Shown here: piece by piece, positions 11,962-24,812 of the stretch
Position numbering within the stretch: the first letter of the stretch is position 1
Layout: each line of letters begins with the position of its first letter
Assembly: GCA_051362555.1 (NCBI GenBank)
Contig: CM120643.1
Location: 10,540,001-10,604,000 of the forward strand
Source of the DNA: Lingula anatina
Lineage: Eukaryota; Animalia; Brachiopoda
Direction of reading: 5' to 3'
DNA: 64,000 bases
Notes under the pieces: generated by a model
What the model saw: the letters and a program-made list of their open reading frames with translations, nothing else
The model's database searches: none
Told to the model about the DNA's origin: nothing
Program-made: the position numbers and the translations under genes

Positions 11962-13391
11962 TTGGGTTACATTGTAACTTAGCTTCTTAGGCTCTATTTT
12001 AGTTATAATTGTAATTAATACCAACACTCATTTTTATTTTGTAGATTCTTTTTTTTTTTTTTTCACCTATTTCTTCCTGTTTCATTGTTGTACCACAGAG
12101 ATCACAGCAGGTGGGTGGCCATCACCTGGGGCCAGTTGGCTCAGAGATATTTTAGACTTGATAGTTGGTCTTAACTTTTAGACTAAGTATTTAGTGGGCT
12201 TTGACCCAAGGTGAATCAGAAGTAGTTCACTTCAATTAAATATTGCAACTTTTTATGAGATCAAAGTAATTGTCATTGTTTTAGACCAAAAGATCTTTTT
12301 TCATTTTTTTGTGTACAACTTAAGGTTTTGTTCCCGATTTTTTCTCACATTTGATTTAGATTCCCCTTTAGTTTTAAGTTCTTTTGTGGAACCAAGCTTG
12401 GTACATCTCTACTCTCAGCCATATTTTGAGGAGATGATAATTTCTTTCTTTGAAAGCTTTGAAGAAGTTGGAAGGAATGCTGTATAAATATCATGTAATT
12501 GAAATTAATATGACAAACTGGTCAGAATCGAGGAGAGCTTTCCTGTAATTTGTGTTGAAATTGATGCTATGCTACCTGTTTTTATTTCAGTATATATATT
12601 AATAATTGTGGAACTGAGGGTTATGTAGCTACTGGGGTACAGCAGCACATGTTGTGATTTCACGTGCAGTATGGCCTTTTTTGCAAAGATAACTTCATCA
12701 GACATGAGTTTTTTCTGCTGAAAAGTAGATTTCCGCTTTTTTAATTCAATTCTGATGCTTCCTGAGATTTGTCAAGGTTAGGTGTTGGGCCCCGTGATAA
12801 ATGTTCAGAGATTTTTTGTAAAACCTAGGATCATGTCTGCTAAATAATTTCATTAGCACAGTTATTTTATTTGGTAGGTATTTTATTTGGTTAAAATTCT
12901 TTAGAAAATAAGGTTTGACCATGCAAACAGATATTGAATGTTAGTTTATAAATATGAATGGGTATACTCGTAACAACATTACACTGCATTTTGTTACTTG
13001 TAGTCCGGTGGCTTAAGGAAAAAATCGTGACACGGCTGATAAAAGCACCAAATTTGGCATGTAGCTACCTTTTGACATTCTAAATCAAATTAGAGCTGTA
13101 GCCCTCTCAAACAAATTACCGTTTGGTCAAAAAATCCAAAATGGCCACCAATTTATGGATTTCTATAGAAATATGCACATACCTATGTTGGTTTTTATCA
13201 AATAAATTATTTTCTCGGAGTTTTCCACACCCTTATTACCCATTTTATTTATATATGTCAGATAGCAAACAAGTTCCCTTGGGCTTTTGAAAAAATCCAA
13301 GATGGCTGTCATATGCCATAGAAACAGCCATAGGAATTCTAGTGCACAACTAATACCAGCTAGAAAGATACGTTGTCCACTATCAAATTAA

Positions 13392-14288
13392 GGTATTTCC
13401 ATACTGCATGTATAGAGGGAGCCACTGCAAATTAATTATTATTTTTTTTTTTATTTTTATTTTTTTTAATTTTAATAAAATTGTAAATTATTTTTGCAAT
13501 AAGCACAAACAATGAGTGCTGTGAGTGCGATTTCATTGTTCTGAAATATATCAAAAAGTGAATTTCACGAACCCCCTCCCTAAATAGAACCCCCTCCCAA
13601 GAATCCCTGGATCCCCCCTGTCTTTCATTATATTCTCAATTATGAAATATTCAGCAACTAAATATAGTGAGAAATACCATGAATGCTACTTTGAGGGCTA
13701 TAGAGTTGAAGTGATGTATATTTGGGGCTTGAACTGAGGTGACATTACATTTTTCGGCATTTTTTGCCTTTTTTTGATAATTTCAATTTACTATATTTCA
13801 ATATTTAGCCTGATGACCTACTATTTTTTTAACATCATGTCATGAAGTACTCATAGGAGAGTGTTTTTGCTCATTTTCATGAAAATTAAATTCAGGGATT
13901 GGGTACAATGACCAATTTTGTGTAAAATTGTTGGTTTCCAAACTGGCCACCAGGTGGCGTAGAAACATGATGAGGTCAGTTCTAAAAATAGAAACAACAA
14001 TAAATGTATGAAAAAATGTAAAAATATTCTCTTTTCTCTTCATTAAAATCTTAACAGGTGTAATTATCCCCCTCAGGAGTGATATACTGGGCCTGAAAAC
14101 TTATTTATATAGAGGCGCTGCGATATCCAATTCTAGCATTTTAGTCCATATTTCAGTTGGCTGTGGTGAGGAAACTAAACCGGTGACCATATCAAAAAAA
14201 ATCATTTTTATTACCAGTTTCACCTGTACTTCATTGGTGCAAAGTTTGGAGACAATTAAATTAGAGAATCTAAAAGTATGGAAATACC
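13392..14288. mobile_element. Kolobok-like non-autonomous element
   Basis: TTAA|GGTATTTCCATACT...AGTATGGAAATACC|TTAA. Removing it restores the host subrepeat (caaaTTAAgtctgtttctcag). Confidence 0.8.
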
Positions 14289-14656
14289 TTAAGTCTGTTT
14301 CTCAGATTTTGGTTACCCACATAATATGTTTGTGGTGAGTAACTATGAAGTGTTCTTGGGCATTTTGGAAAATCCAAGATGGCTGCCATGTGCCACAGGA
14401 ATTCTAGTATACGGGGGATTCAACTAATGACAACTGGAAAGATTAATTTTCCACTACCAAATTAAGTTTGTTTCTGAGTATTTTCCACATCCTTTCCACC
14501 AACACAATATGTGTGTGGTAAGTAACTAACATGTATTCTTGGGTATTTTGAGAAAATCCAAGATGGCCGCCATATGTCATAGGAATACTTCTAGTATTAC
14601 AAAGGGTTGGAACTAATGCCAGCTAGGAAAAACATAATTCACTATCAAATTCAATT

Positions 14657-16837
14657 TATTGTACCACCAGCGTTCGCGCTGGCGGTACACATGGTTTTAG
14701 TCCCGTCCAGTCCATTCCGCCGGCATCCGCCGGCTCCGTGGCCATGTTACCGTTACCGCTTCTCCTCCTAGACGGTAAGGGCCCCCATACCCATCTCTTG
14801 GATTTAGGTCACCTATAATCTCAAGTCGTTCCACGTAAAATTTGGGCTTTGTCGGTATTGGGGTCTAGGTGTGGCATTCATTGCAATGCACCCTTGTCCA
14901 AAAATGGCAAAATTAAATGCTAATTATCTACCCTACGGAAGGAATTATGGGAAAAATTTCTACAGACGACTTTCCAAAAGTCATATGTGTAGATTTCAAA
15001 TATGCCCTTGGATTTGACCTTTGACCTTTATTTCAAGGTCAAACGGGCCAAAATTTTCAAAAAAATGAATTTTTTTACGAAAAAAAAATTATTTGCGCTG
15101 TTATTCAGACACCACACAGACTTAACCAATAATATTATTGGAAAATGTTACCCTTCAGGTCATCTTTCATCTCCGTAAATTTGGGGTCAATCGGTGCATT
15201 TTCACGGGAGTAGCGGCCATAAGATACCGAAACTGAAAACTGTCTCTAATTCAGGAACCGTTAATGCTAGAGACCCATTCTTTTTGCATTTTGTAGAGCA
15301 TGTAAAGCCCAACACTGGGGGTGGTCTCCGTTTTTTTGTATTCCATACGGTTTTCGAGTTACGCTGTATCAAAAAGTACATATTGGTGGTGAAAGCAAAA
15401 TGTGCAGTACGGTAATGGATAATAAATTTTAAACTCTGAAAAAATAAAACATAAGGCTTGGCAAAGCAGACAACTTGTGGTCAAAAATGACATTATTTCA
15501 TCAAATTTGAACTTCTGGAACTTCAGAGCACCTCCCATTTCAAGAAAAGTGACCAAAATGACCTTTTTTTTATTTTAATTAATTTTTTCTGTAGGAAATT
15601 TATGGCACATTAAGGTAACTCCAAAATTATAACATTTAGTCCCTTATATCTCCAAAACTGGCAGAGATAGGTCCATAGTTACTATTGAAGTTGAATAGGA
15701 AGTCATATACTGGCAATCTTACTGTGACCTTGAAATTGACCTTTGACCTACTTTTCACCATGAACTGAACTTTGCAAATTTTGCTTCCCTTTTATCTCCA
15801 AAACTGGCAGAGATAGGTCTATAGTTACTATTGAAGTTGAATAGGAAGTCATATACTGGCAATCTAAATGTGACCTTGAAATTGACCTTTGACCTACTTT
15901 TCACCATGAACTGAACTTTGCAAATTTTGTCCCCTTTTATCTCCAAAACTAGGAGAGATAGGTCCATAGTTACTATTGAACTTGAATAGGAGGTCATATA
16001 CTGGCCATTTAAATGTGACCTTGAAATTGACCTTTGACCTACTTTTTATCATGAATTGACCTTTGCAAATTTTGCTTGCCTTATATCTCCAAAACTGGCA
16101 GAGATAGGTCCATAGTTACTATTGAAGTTGAATAGGAAGTCATATACTGGAATCTTACTGTGGCCTTGAAATTGACCTTTGACCTACTTTTCACCATGAA
16201 CTGAACTTTGCAAATTTTGCTTCCCTTTTATCTCCAAAACTGGCAGAGATAGGTCCATAGTTACTATTGAACTTGAATAGGAGATCATATACTGGCAATC
16301 TAAATGTGACCTTGAAATTGACCTTTGACCTTCTTTTCACTATGAACTGAACTTTGCAAATTTTGCTTCCCTTTTATCTCCAAAACTGGCAGAGATAGGT
16401 CCATAGTTACTATTGAACTTGAATAGGAAGTCATATATTGGCAATCTAAATGTGACCTTAAAATTGACCTTTGACCTACTTATTATCATGAACTGAACTC
16501 TGCTAATTTCTTTCTCTTTTAACTCCAAACCTGGCAGAGATAGGTCCATAGTTACTATTGAACTTGAATAGGAAGTCATATACTGGCAATTTACTGTGAC
16601 CTTGAAATTGACCTTTGACCTACCTTACGATGAACTTAAATTTGATTGTACCATTTTAAGTTATATATATTTTTTGCATATTTTGAAAATTCTTGTTGAT
16701 TGCATTTTTACAGCTTGTCAAGCACAAGACTGGTGGCTGTGTCCCTTATTTTGTGTATGTGGGGGTCTATACGAATGCGCTTGCTCCAGCTGGTGGTACA
16801 ATATTCGGAGGCGGTATCGCCTCTCTGATCCTCTAGT
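14657..16837 (+). mobile_element. Helentron/HINE-like non-autonomous element with internal 146-bp tandem array, copy 1
   Basis: 5' subterminal IR ATTGTACCACCAGC with adjacent hairpin; 3' GCTGGTGGTACAAT, then stem-loop GAGGCG..CGCCTC and CTAG followed by T-run; no TSD; about 7 tandem units at roughly 15640-16620. Confidence 0.8.
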
Positions 16838-18750
16838 TTTTTCAGTGTTTTACACATTATTATTCCACTGTGATACATATCTAGCAGGTAATAAATGTGC
16901 ATATTTGATCATTTTGAGAAAATCCAAGATGGCCATCATTAGCCATAGGAATACTATGGAATTACAACTGCACATCCATGGTTTTTCATCTACTACCAGG
17001 GTGAAATTGTGTTTGCGTATCAAGTTTTGCCCATCTGTATTAGTCCTATGATATATATCTGGTGGGTAAATAGTGTGCATCCTTGGATATTTTGAGAAAA
17101 TCCAAGAAAGCTACAATTTGGCATAGGGATACTAATGGATGGGTTTCAATTGCTGCTAGAGAGGCATATGGTTCATTATACAATTACATTACCATGGGTT
17201 TGTTTTAAAAATAATTTATGTTTTTCATTCCATTTATTATTACCCCTATGATGTATACCTGGTCTGTAGCATGTGTGTATCTTGGGTATTCTGAAAAAAA
17301 TTCAAGATGTCTGCCTTTTGTCATTAGAATATGCGTACACATAATCAAATAATTCCAGAGATACACTGAGTACAATTTAAATGTAGTTAACTTTAGATAG
17401 TTTTAAAATGTTTTTCATATCCTATTTATCCTTATGAAAGACTCTGTGTGTGTAGAAAGTGTATGTATCCTTGAGTACTATTCGGAGAAAACCCAAGATA
17501 GGTGCCAGTTGGCATAGGAATATATCATTCAAATGCACATAGGTGTCAATTCATGGAACAGTTCAGACATTGATTCCAACATGAAATAAAGCTTGATATT
17601 CTGACATGTTCACATCCTTATTAACCCTACTCTATATAAAGTGTGTGCATCTTGCATATTTGAGAAAATTCAAGATTGCTGCAATTCACAATAGGAGTAG
17701 CACAGTCAACTACTGCCAGAGGAACATTGGGTTCAATATAAAATTAATTTTGTTCCTCAGTATTTCCCACATTCTTTTTGGACTTTGAGATATCTATCTG
17801 GTGGGTAACAAGTGTTTACCCTTAAGTATTTTGACAAAATACCATGATTACCCTCATTTGCCTTAGAAGTGCCTATAAAATCCAATGCAACAGTTTTCCT
17901 ATGGGGAAAAGAAGGCCATCTTGGATTTCCCCAAAATGATCAAATATGGACATTAATTGCCTAACAGATATGTATCATGTGATAATAATAATAATAAAAC
18001 AGAAAAACAACTTAATTTAGCTTCATTTTGTTTGGAAGCCTATCTCTCACAGGTATTAACTGAACCCCACCTTCTATGGCTAATGGCAGCCATTTTGTTT
18101 TGTGTTGTTTTCAAAAAGGATACACATAACATTCTCATCACATATATATTATGTGGATTAAAAAGATGTGGAAAATACTCAGAAACAAACCTAATTTATC
18201 AATTAATATTATATCTCCATGGCAGAAGAAGCCCTATGTGTATACTAGTATTACTTTGATATGGCGGCCATCTTGGATTTTTCTCAAAATGCCTGAGAAT
18301 AAAGGTTAGTTCCTCACCACAAATATTTTATTTGTGTAATAAGGCACTCAGAAACAAAATTAATTAGATAGTGGGCAATGCATCTTCATAGTTGGCATTA
18401 GTTGAAAACCCTTGTACATGTTCTAGTATTCCTATGCCATACGGCGGCCATCTTGGATTTTACAAAAAGTCCAAGGACACTCGTTTGTTATCTGACATAT
18501 ATGCATAATATGGGTAATAAGGATGTGGAAAACATTGAGAAAATACATTATTTGATACAAATCAACATAGGTATGTATATATTTCTACAGAATTTCACAA
18601 ATTGGCGGCCATTTTGGATTTTTTGGCCAAACGGTAATTTTTTTCCGTGGGCTACGGCTCTAATATGATTTAGTATGTCAAAAGTTACCCACATGCAAAA
18701 TTTGGTGCTTTTATCCGCCGTGTCACGATTTGGCCATTTTTTTGCCTTAA

Positions 18751-21700
18751 AGGACAATGTTCATGTAAAAATCCATTTCTCGAATTTTGATGATACAGCA
18801 CTCAATCTATACACTAGAGGTATGTTTTAATCGATCCCCGCCATTTAAAAATTATAAAAACAATCTATTTGTAGAAAAAAAGCGTTTTAGTAAACCTCAC
18901 TTCAATATGCAAAAATGAAGCAACAGATCTGGGTCACGTGGTACTGTGACGACAATCACGATAAAGGTCTGTGAGACTCAACTGAGCTGCATGGTGCATA
19001 CAGACAGAGAAGTTAAGGAAAGTTGTGTTGAACGGAGTTGAGGAATTTTCGTTATGCCTCGGTGTGTTGCCGTGGGATTCGCCAAAATTGCAGCTCTCGT
19101 TGACAATCTTTCTTTGTCTGTGACGGTCTTCCGTGACTTACTAACTTCGGTGACAATAGTTGCGATGCTCTAGATCATGGTCACCTCAGGTGGTTTAGAT
19201 CATATCAAGAGCTGGTAGTCTTTCAGATTAACTGTCATCAGTTGGCAAACTTACTGATTGCTGATGCATTTTAAATGCACTGTAGTTGACCAAAAGCTCG
19301 TTTACAACAAACCTGTTAATTATGCACCGCTGCACTTCCCAAGCCAGGTAATAACAGGTATGAAACTCGTCTTGGTGGGCTTTCATATTTTTCAATATAT
19401 CTCATTTATTTCAAGGGGTTATTTTATTGGTATTTGTAAATGACGTTAAATATCAATACTTAAACAATTAAGTTCAAACACTGTCGCGAACATTAATAAA
19501 AGAAATTGCTCTCAGGGTATCTTGAAGCTTCCGTGGAAGAAAACGTGTTGAGGAAAAACAGGAAAAAGAGCGTTATATTAAAGAAAAAATGAGAACTGCT
19601 ATAATAAAATGTTTTTTTTGCAAATTTGTAAGCTTATAACACCGTGCTATAAAGATCTACTCAAGAAAAAAATTTGCTTGGGTAAAATTGAGTGCGGAAT
19701 GAACTGGAGACACTTGGCTTGTCATTAAGTTTACACGAAGATATGTCAGGTAACTTTATACTGTCTTTGAAAGAGTAAAGATTGAAAGATAATTTTAGAC
19801 AAACTTTGACGGGGGAAATACCTACAAAGAGTAATGGGCTATTTCGCCAACATCTTGATGAAAATTTTACACTGCAATTCTATTCAAATAAGCTAAGAAA
19901 CTAATTGAACTATTGTAAATAAAGGTCTTTGAAATCTGCAGGTATATGCCCTGAAACGAACTTAGATACAATGAAAAGGTTATTGATTCAGCAAACACAC
20001 CTCATCTGATTTCTTTTGAAATTTTTGTATGCCTTGCACTAGCTGTGTTAAGGGCCCCTTTACACTGGATGGCGTCCTTTCTGCGTCCAGCAGTACGTCC
20101 CCATTTGAGAGTTAAAAAAATATTATACTTTACGTGCCGACAATGGCCGATCATTTAGCATTCATTCTTATACAAAATCAATGCTCGTGCCTCCTTATCA
20201 AGACCACAGCGATGCCAAATTTCATGGTCGCAGAAAGGACGCAGAAAGGACGTCGTCCAGTGTAAAGGGGGTTTAAGTAACTTGTTCTGCTGTCCCTCGA
20301 GACCTTGCACAGATATAAACACAACTGATGTGCCTCACACGATTCTGTCTCTCATTAGTGCAGTTTTCCACCATAATTTAAATGTGAAGTGATTTTGAAC
20401 TTCTAACTGAAGCCAAAGGAAATTTTATTTATACACTCAATTCAGTGTTGGTCCTTATCAAGTTTGATCCAAGAACTCCCAAAACTACACTAATAGAAAC
20501 TTAATTGCTATATCTTAAACTGTAGGAAGAATTGTTGGGGGGAATAGGAATTAATACACAAAACTTTAGGAAATGTTAATCCTATTTCCTCTGTTCTAAC
20601 TGTTTTGAAAATCATGCTTACTAGTTCATGATCAGGAAAAGGAAAATTAATATTAACAATTCTTCTTTATCACTGTGCACTTGTTTAAAACTTGGCATTT
20701 AGAAGTGATTGATTATGTACCAAATAGAATAACAAGATAACAAGTGTTTGTTTTTTTCAATGTTATAACAGCAAAAGGACTAATTGATGTGACCAGGCAA
20801 TTTTAAAGGATTTGCTTCATACCGTCAGAATGGCCTCAACGGAACATATTCTTCAGAAAACATGCCCAACTAACGATATCTTTATCCAAATATACAAATT
20901 AAAAGCTCATTTTGTAAATTTTTGGCTTTAAAAAACGAGCATTTAATTATGGTTATCCCAAGTTGTATAAAACACTGCATTTGAATGAGTAAAGGGTACT
21001 GTGGATTATTGCATATGAGAGCCATGTTATTTGTGAAATTCAATTAATTTTATTAAACCGCTGACACTCCGATTTGGATACTTTTCTTAAACTGAGGTGA
21101 ACGATGCCCGTTACCTTTACAAGTCCCATCTTAATCATCCATCTAACTGGAACTTCCTTTACCTCTTAATTAGAGGGTTAAATGGCTGGCGATATTTATC
21201 TCAGGTAAAAATCTACCTGTGCTTTAGTTTCAAAGAGCAGCTCCCGCAGACCTGGGGGTACTAGATAAAATCTGAACACCGGGTTTATTGAGGAGCTAGA
21301 GAAACAAAGGAAGAATTTTTCCTGCACAGCTTCATAGGAATTTTAGCACGGACTTGATCCAGCTTAGACCTTCTAATTAACAGGGTGACATGGGCAATTT
21401 TCAAATACAAAATAAACAAATAATAAAACTATATTTCAGTTAGCCTCCTCTTAAATAAATATACCGTTCTGGATAAATTAGAACATTTATTAAATCGACA
21501 GAAAATTTTTGACTTAAATGATGATTTTATTATTAATGGAAATTAAGCTACTATATGGGGCACATTTGCTGAAATTACGCTGTTCTTGATGTTTTGCGTT
21601 AGTCTACATTTTGCTGTGCGTGGTTGGAATTTTTTAATTTTTTATACTCACGTATGTAAAACTGCACATTTAGTAAACATTCAAGTAATGATTTTTCCCA

Positions 21701-22399
21701 TGCTACTTATAGCAAACAATGCTCTTTTACCTTGATCTGCTACATGTTTTTGGGTTTGACAAAGCATACAAATTTGCAAAAAGTTTTGTGTACAGACGCA
21801 GAACTTGTATTTCAAGGTATAAAATGATAAGTCTTTTAAATTATTTTATACTTCAGATGAAATAACATTCAGAAACAAATCCTCAAAGCATAAATGAATT
21901 AGGATTACGAACCATTTTAGTACATAAGTTCCTATTTTTTTCTTTAATATACCGCTCTTTTTTTCTGTTTGTTCTTCAACACGTTTTCTTCCACGGAAGT
22001 AATGCCTGGGCATACGCATGCTTCAAGTTACCCTGAGAGCAATTACTTTTATTAATGTTCGCGACGGTGTTTGAACTCAATTGTTTAAATATTGATATTA
22101 AACGTCATTTACAAATACCAATAAAATCACCCCTTGAAATAAATGAGATATTTTGCAAAATATGAAAGCCCACCAAGACGATTTTGATACCTGTTATTAC
22201 CTGGGTTGGGAAGTGCAGCGGTGCATAATTAACAGGTTAGTTGTAAACGAGCTTTTGGTCAACTACAATGCATTTAAAATGCATCAGCAATCAGTAAGTT
22301 TGCCAACTGATGACAGTTAATCTGAAAGACTACCAGCTCTTGATATGATCTAAACCACCTGAGGTGACGTCACCGAAGTTAGTAAGTCACGGAAGACCG
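18751..22399 (+). mobile_element. Kolobok-like element, right end lost, with internal ~475-bp inverted repeat
   Basis: Begins TTAA|AGGACAATG. A THAP-like start remnant (MPRCVAVG) lies at 19054. Arms 19124-19597 and 21927-22399 are inverted copies. No matching right terminus was found. Confidence 0.5.
20052..20273. mobile_element. Harbinger-type MITE
   Basis: TIR CCCCTTTACACTGGA..GCGTCCTTTCTGCGTCC mirrored at about 20237-20271; TAA on both flanks. Confidence 0.75.
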
Positions 22400-22410
22400 A
22401 CTTGAGCTTA

Positions 22411-22483
22411 AAATGACAATCTATCTAGCTAGAGACATATCTGTGAATATCCGTAAAAATCTATCAGTCGCCCTGGTAGAGGG
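22411..22483. mobile_element. Right half of the MITE seen complete at 59686-59823
   Basis: Matches about 59751-59823 (..AAAATCTATCAGTCGCCCTGGTAGAGGG); the left half is absent. Confidence 0.7.
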
Positions 22484-22791
22484 TAGTAAAAAGCCGCTTA
22501 CAATATGTCAGGTTCTATTCACCTCATAGCACTAAATTTCAATTTTGATACAAATTAATAACTTTGATTCAGCATCAGTATCTTACCTGGCGTTGCTTCT
22601 TCAGTGCCACAGTTGCTGTGTTGCTTGTTGCCAGCTTTCAGTTACTATTGAGCGTGAACTTAAACTGAATCAATTTGACCCAGTTGTGGTTCATAGTTTA
22701 CACTGGGATTTAGGTCAAGGGGCGGAGCTTTTTAAGACATACATATTCATTGTTTTTTACCTTTGCGTCCTCAGATTGAGTTTGTTGTATC

Positions 22792-22950
22792 CAGGCCCGT
22801 AGCCAGGGGGGGTTCGAAAGAACCCCCCTTTTTGCTGGAAAAAGGTCCACTATGGGTAAAATTTGACCTAGGTACATGGGGATTATATGATAAAAGGTCC
22901 ACTTTTTCAGAAAAAGAACCCCCCTTTTGAAATTGCTGGCTACGGGCCTG
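22792..22950. mobile_element. MITE family B (hAT5-like)
   Basis: TIR CAGGCCCGTAGCCAG/CTGGCTACGGGCCTG; TSD GTATC. Confidence 0.9.
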
Positions 22951-24812
22951 GTATCTATAGCTTTCAGTCTTTGAACCTTTATGTTTTTTTTTTTGTGCAT
23001 AAGGTATTGTTTGAAGAACACAAAAGTGAAAGGGTCTGCATAGAAAAGGTTGTCCTGTATTTAAACCAGTGCAGTTAGTGCATGCTGTTGTTCATATATA
23101 TATATATCCGAAAAAACAGTGAATGGTATTTTTATGAAGGATATTTTTGATTATGAGGCATATTTTAATATATTTTAATGTTATAACCAGCCTGTTTGAT
23201 AATGATTTTATTAAGAAACAAATAATCCCTATTTTCCCTTTAAATAAATACTGACATGAATACCAGTATGTTTATTAACATTGTATATATGTAAGAAATT
23301 TGAGGGAGCAATCAAATTAATAATATAATAGGAGTATAATTTTCCTAGCAATATTTTATCTTATGAAGGATAATGTATCATTACTATGTACTTTTATGAT
23401 AGGATCATAGTTAAGATAATATACCTGCAGTTATATTCCCTTAATATGTAAAGTATGTGTGTGTATTTATTTCATATTAACACCGACACATTAAACCCTT
23501 AATTGTGTCCTAGGTAATTAAAAATATGGACATAATTTACCAGTTAACCTACCTTTAAATTGACACAGCACTGTGACACACACTTAAAGTTATTTGGTTG
23601 ACAGATGTCACTAAGAAAGCCTGGACTTCTAACAACTCTCCTGCTGATAAACACCCGGCATAGTTGTAGTAACCATGCAAGATAATAATTTATTAGGTGT
23701 CCATGCATATAGAGCATGCATTAAAGATGTCATGCTTTGCTTGGAGACAGTGATGTGTATATAGTTTATAGCTTTTTTTTTTTTTTTCAGTCTAGAATTG
23801 AATTGTCTGGTGAATGTTTGGCTAGAATGATAAGAATATTGATAAAAAAATATCTGAATGATTTGCACCTGGTGCCACTAATATGGCTAGTACAGGTGCA
23901 TGCTTAGATGTTGTGACCTGTTGTTAGGCAGTATTATAAAAGGCAGTATAATAAAAAAAATAATGCACTATGGGCGTTACCCTCTATGCTATAGTCTTAT
24001 GTCTATTTGATATGTTTGGTATGATTGTCAACATATTTGTTTAATGTCTTTGTAGAATAGCTACATAATTAGTCTTTTGTATTTTCAGACATGCTTATTG
24101 ACTTTGACTATGGCCTTAGCAGCGATATCCCTGTTTGCATTTGTAACCATGGCAACTTTGTAAACAACTTTTGTTTGGTTTTATGAGGGCATTGATTGGA
24201 TTGTTTACCCGTCACCTAACTTAGCTTGGGAATCAATGGGTAGTCTTTTAATCAATGATTGAATTATCACATACTCAAAGCATACAGGGTTTTCTTGTTT
24301 TAATTTGAAGATTTGATAATTTTGTTGCAGATTACTATGGCCATCCATTAATTAAATACCAGGGGACACACCAGGCACAGTGCCCCATCTCTACCACAGG
24401 CTTAGTCCTATTCCTCCCCCCCCCAAAAAAAAAAAAAAAAAAAAAAAGAAAAAAAAAAGAGGGCGACTTAACACTTATTCCCCATCCATTTGGACTATAC
24501 ATAACAGTGAAATTGTCCTCATAAACTGCTTTATATTTGTTGAACAAAGCATTGGGTAAATTTTTTATATCCTTGTGCCTCCCACTACCACTACTATCAT
24601 AACAACAATATTCTAGAACAGCCGTCTGTGTTATATCCATCCATCAAAGTTAATCCATACCTCCATTTATTTGTATGTGTGCAAATGAAGAGGGAACGTT
24701 GTGTACAATTTTCATTGTTGTGTAAGGACAAACTGGTGTGATACAAACACTTCACACTTCTATCAGCAACCTGTTTGTCCAGGTTAATCACTGTCAGTGT
24801 ATTGAAACTCAG

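Larger units (their letters stand above)
13001..18750. mobile_element. Large foldback non-autonomous DNA transposon (long TIRs; possibly Academ-like), host to nested insertions
   Basis: About 13013-13390 is the inverted repeat of about 18380-18750. Internal ~190-bp subrepeats carrying AAAATCCAAGATGGC switch orientation near 17900. The left end begins TAGTCCGG, and the right end is cut at a TTAA by another element. Superfamily assignment is tentative. Confidence 0.7.

Noticed and set aside
22545-24791. Possible missing copine C2 exons
   Set aside because: No copine motifs (SDP, LNPxW, YDWD) were found in the frames I read.
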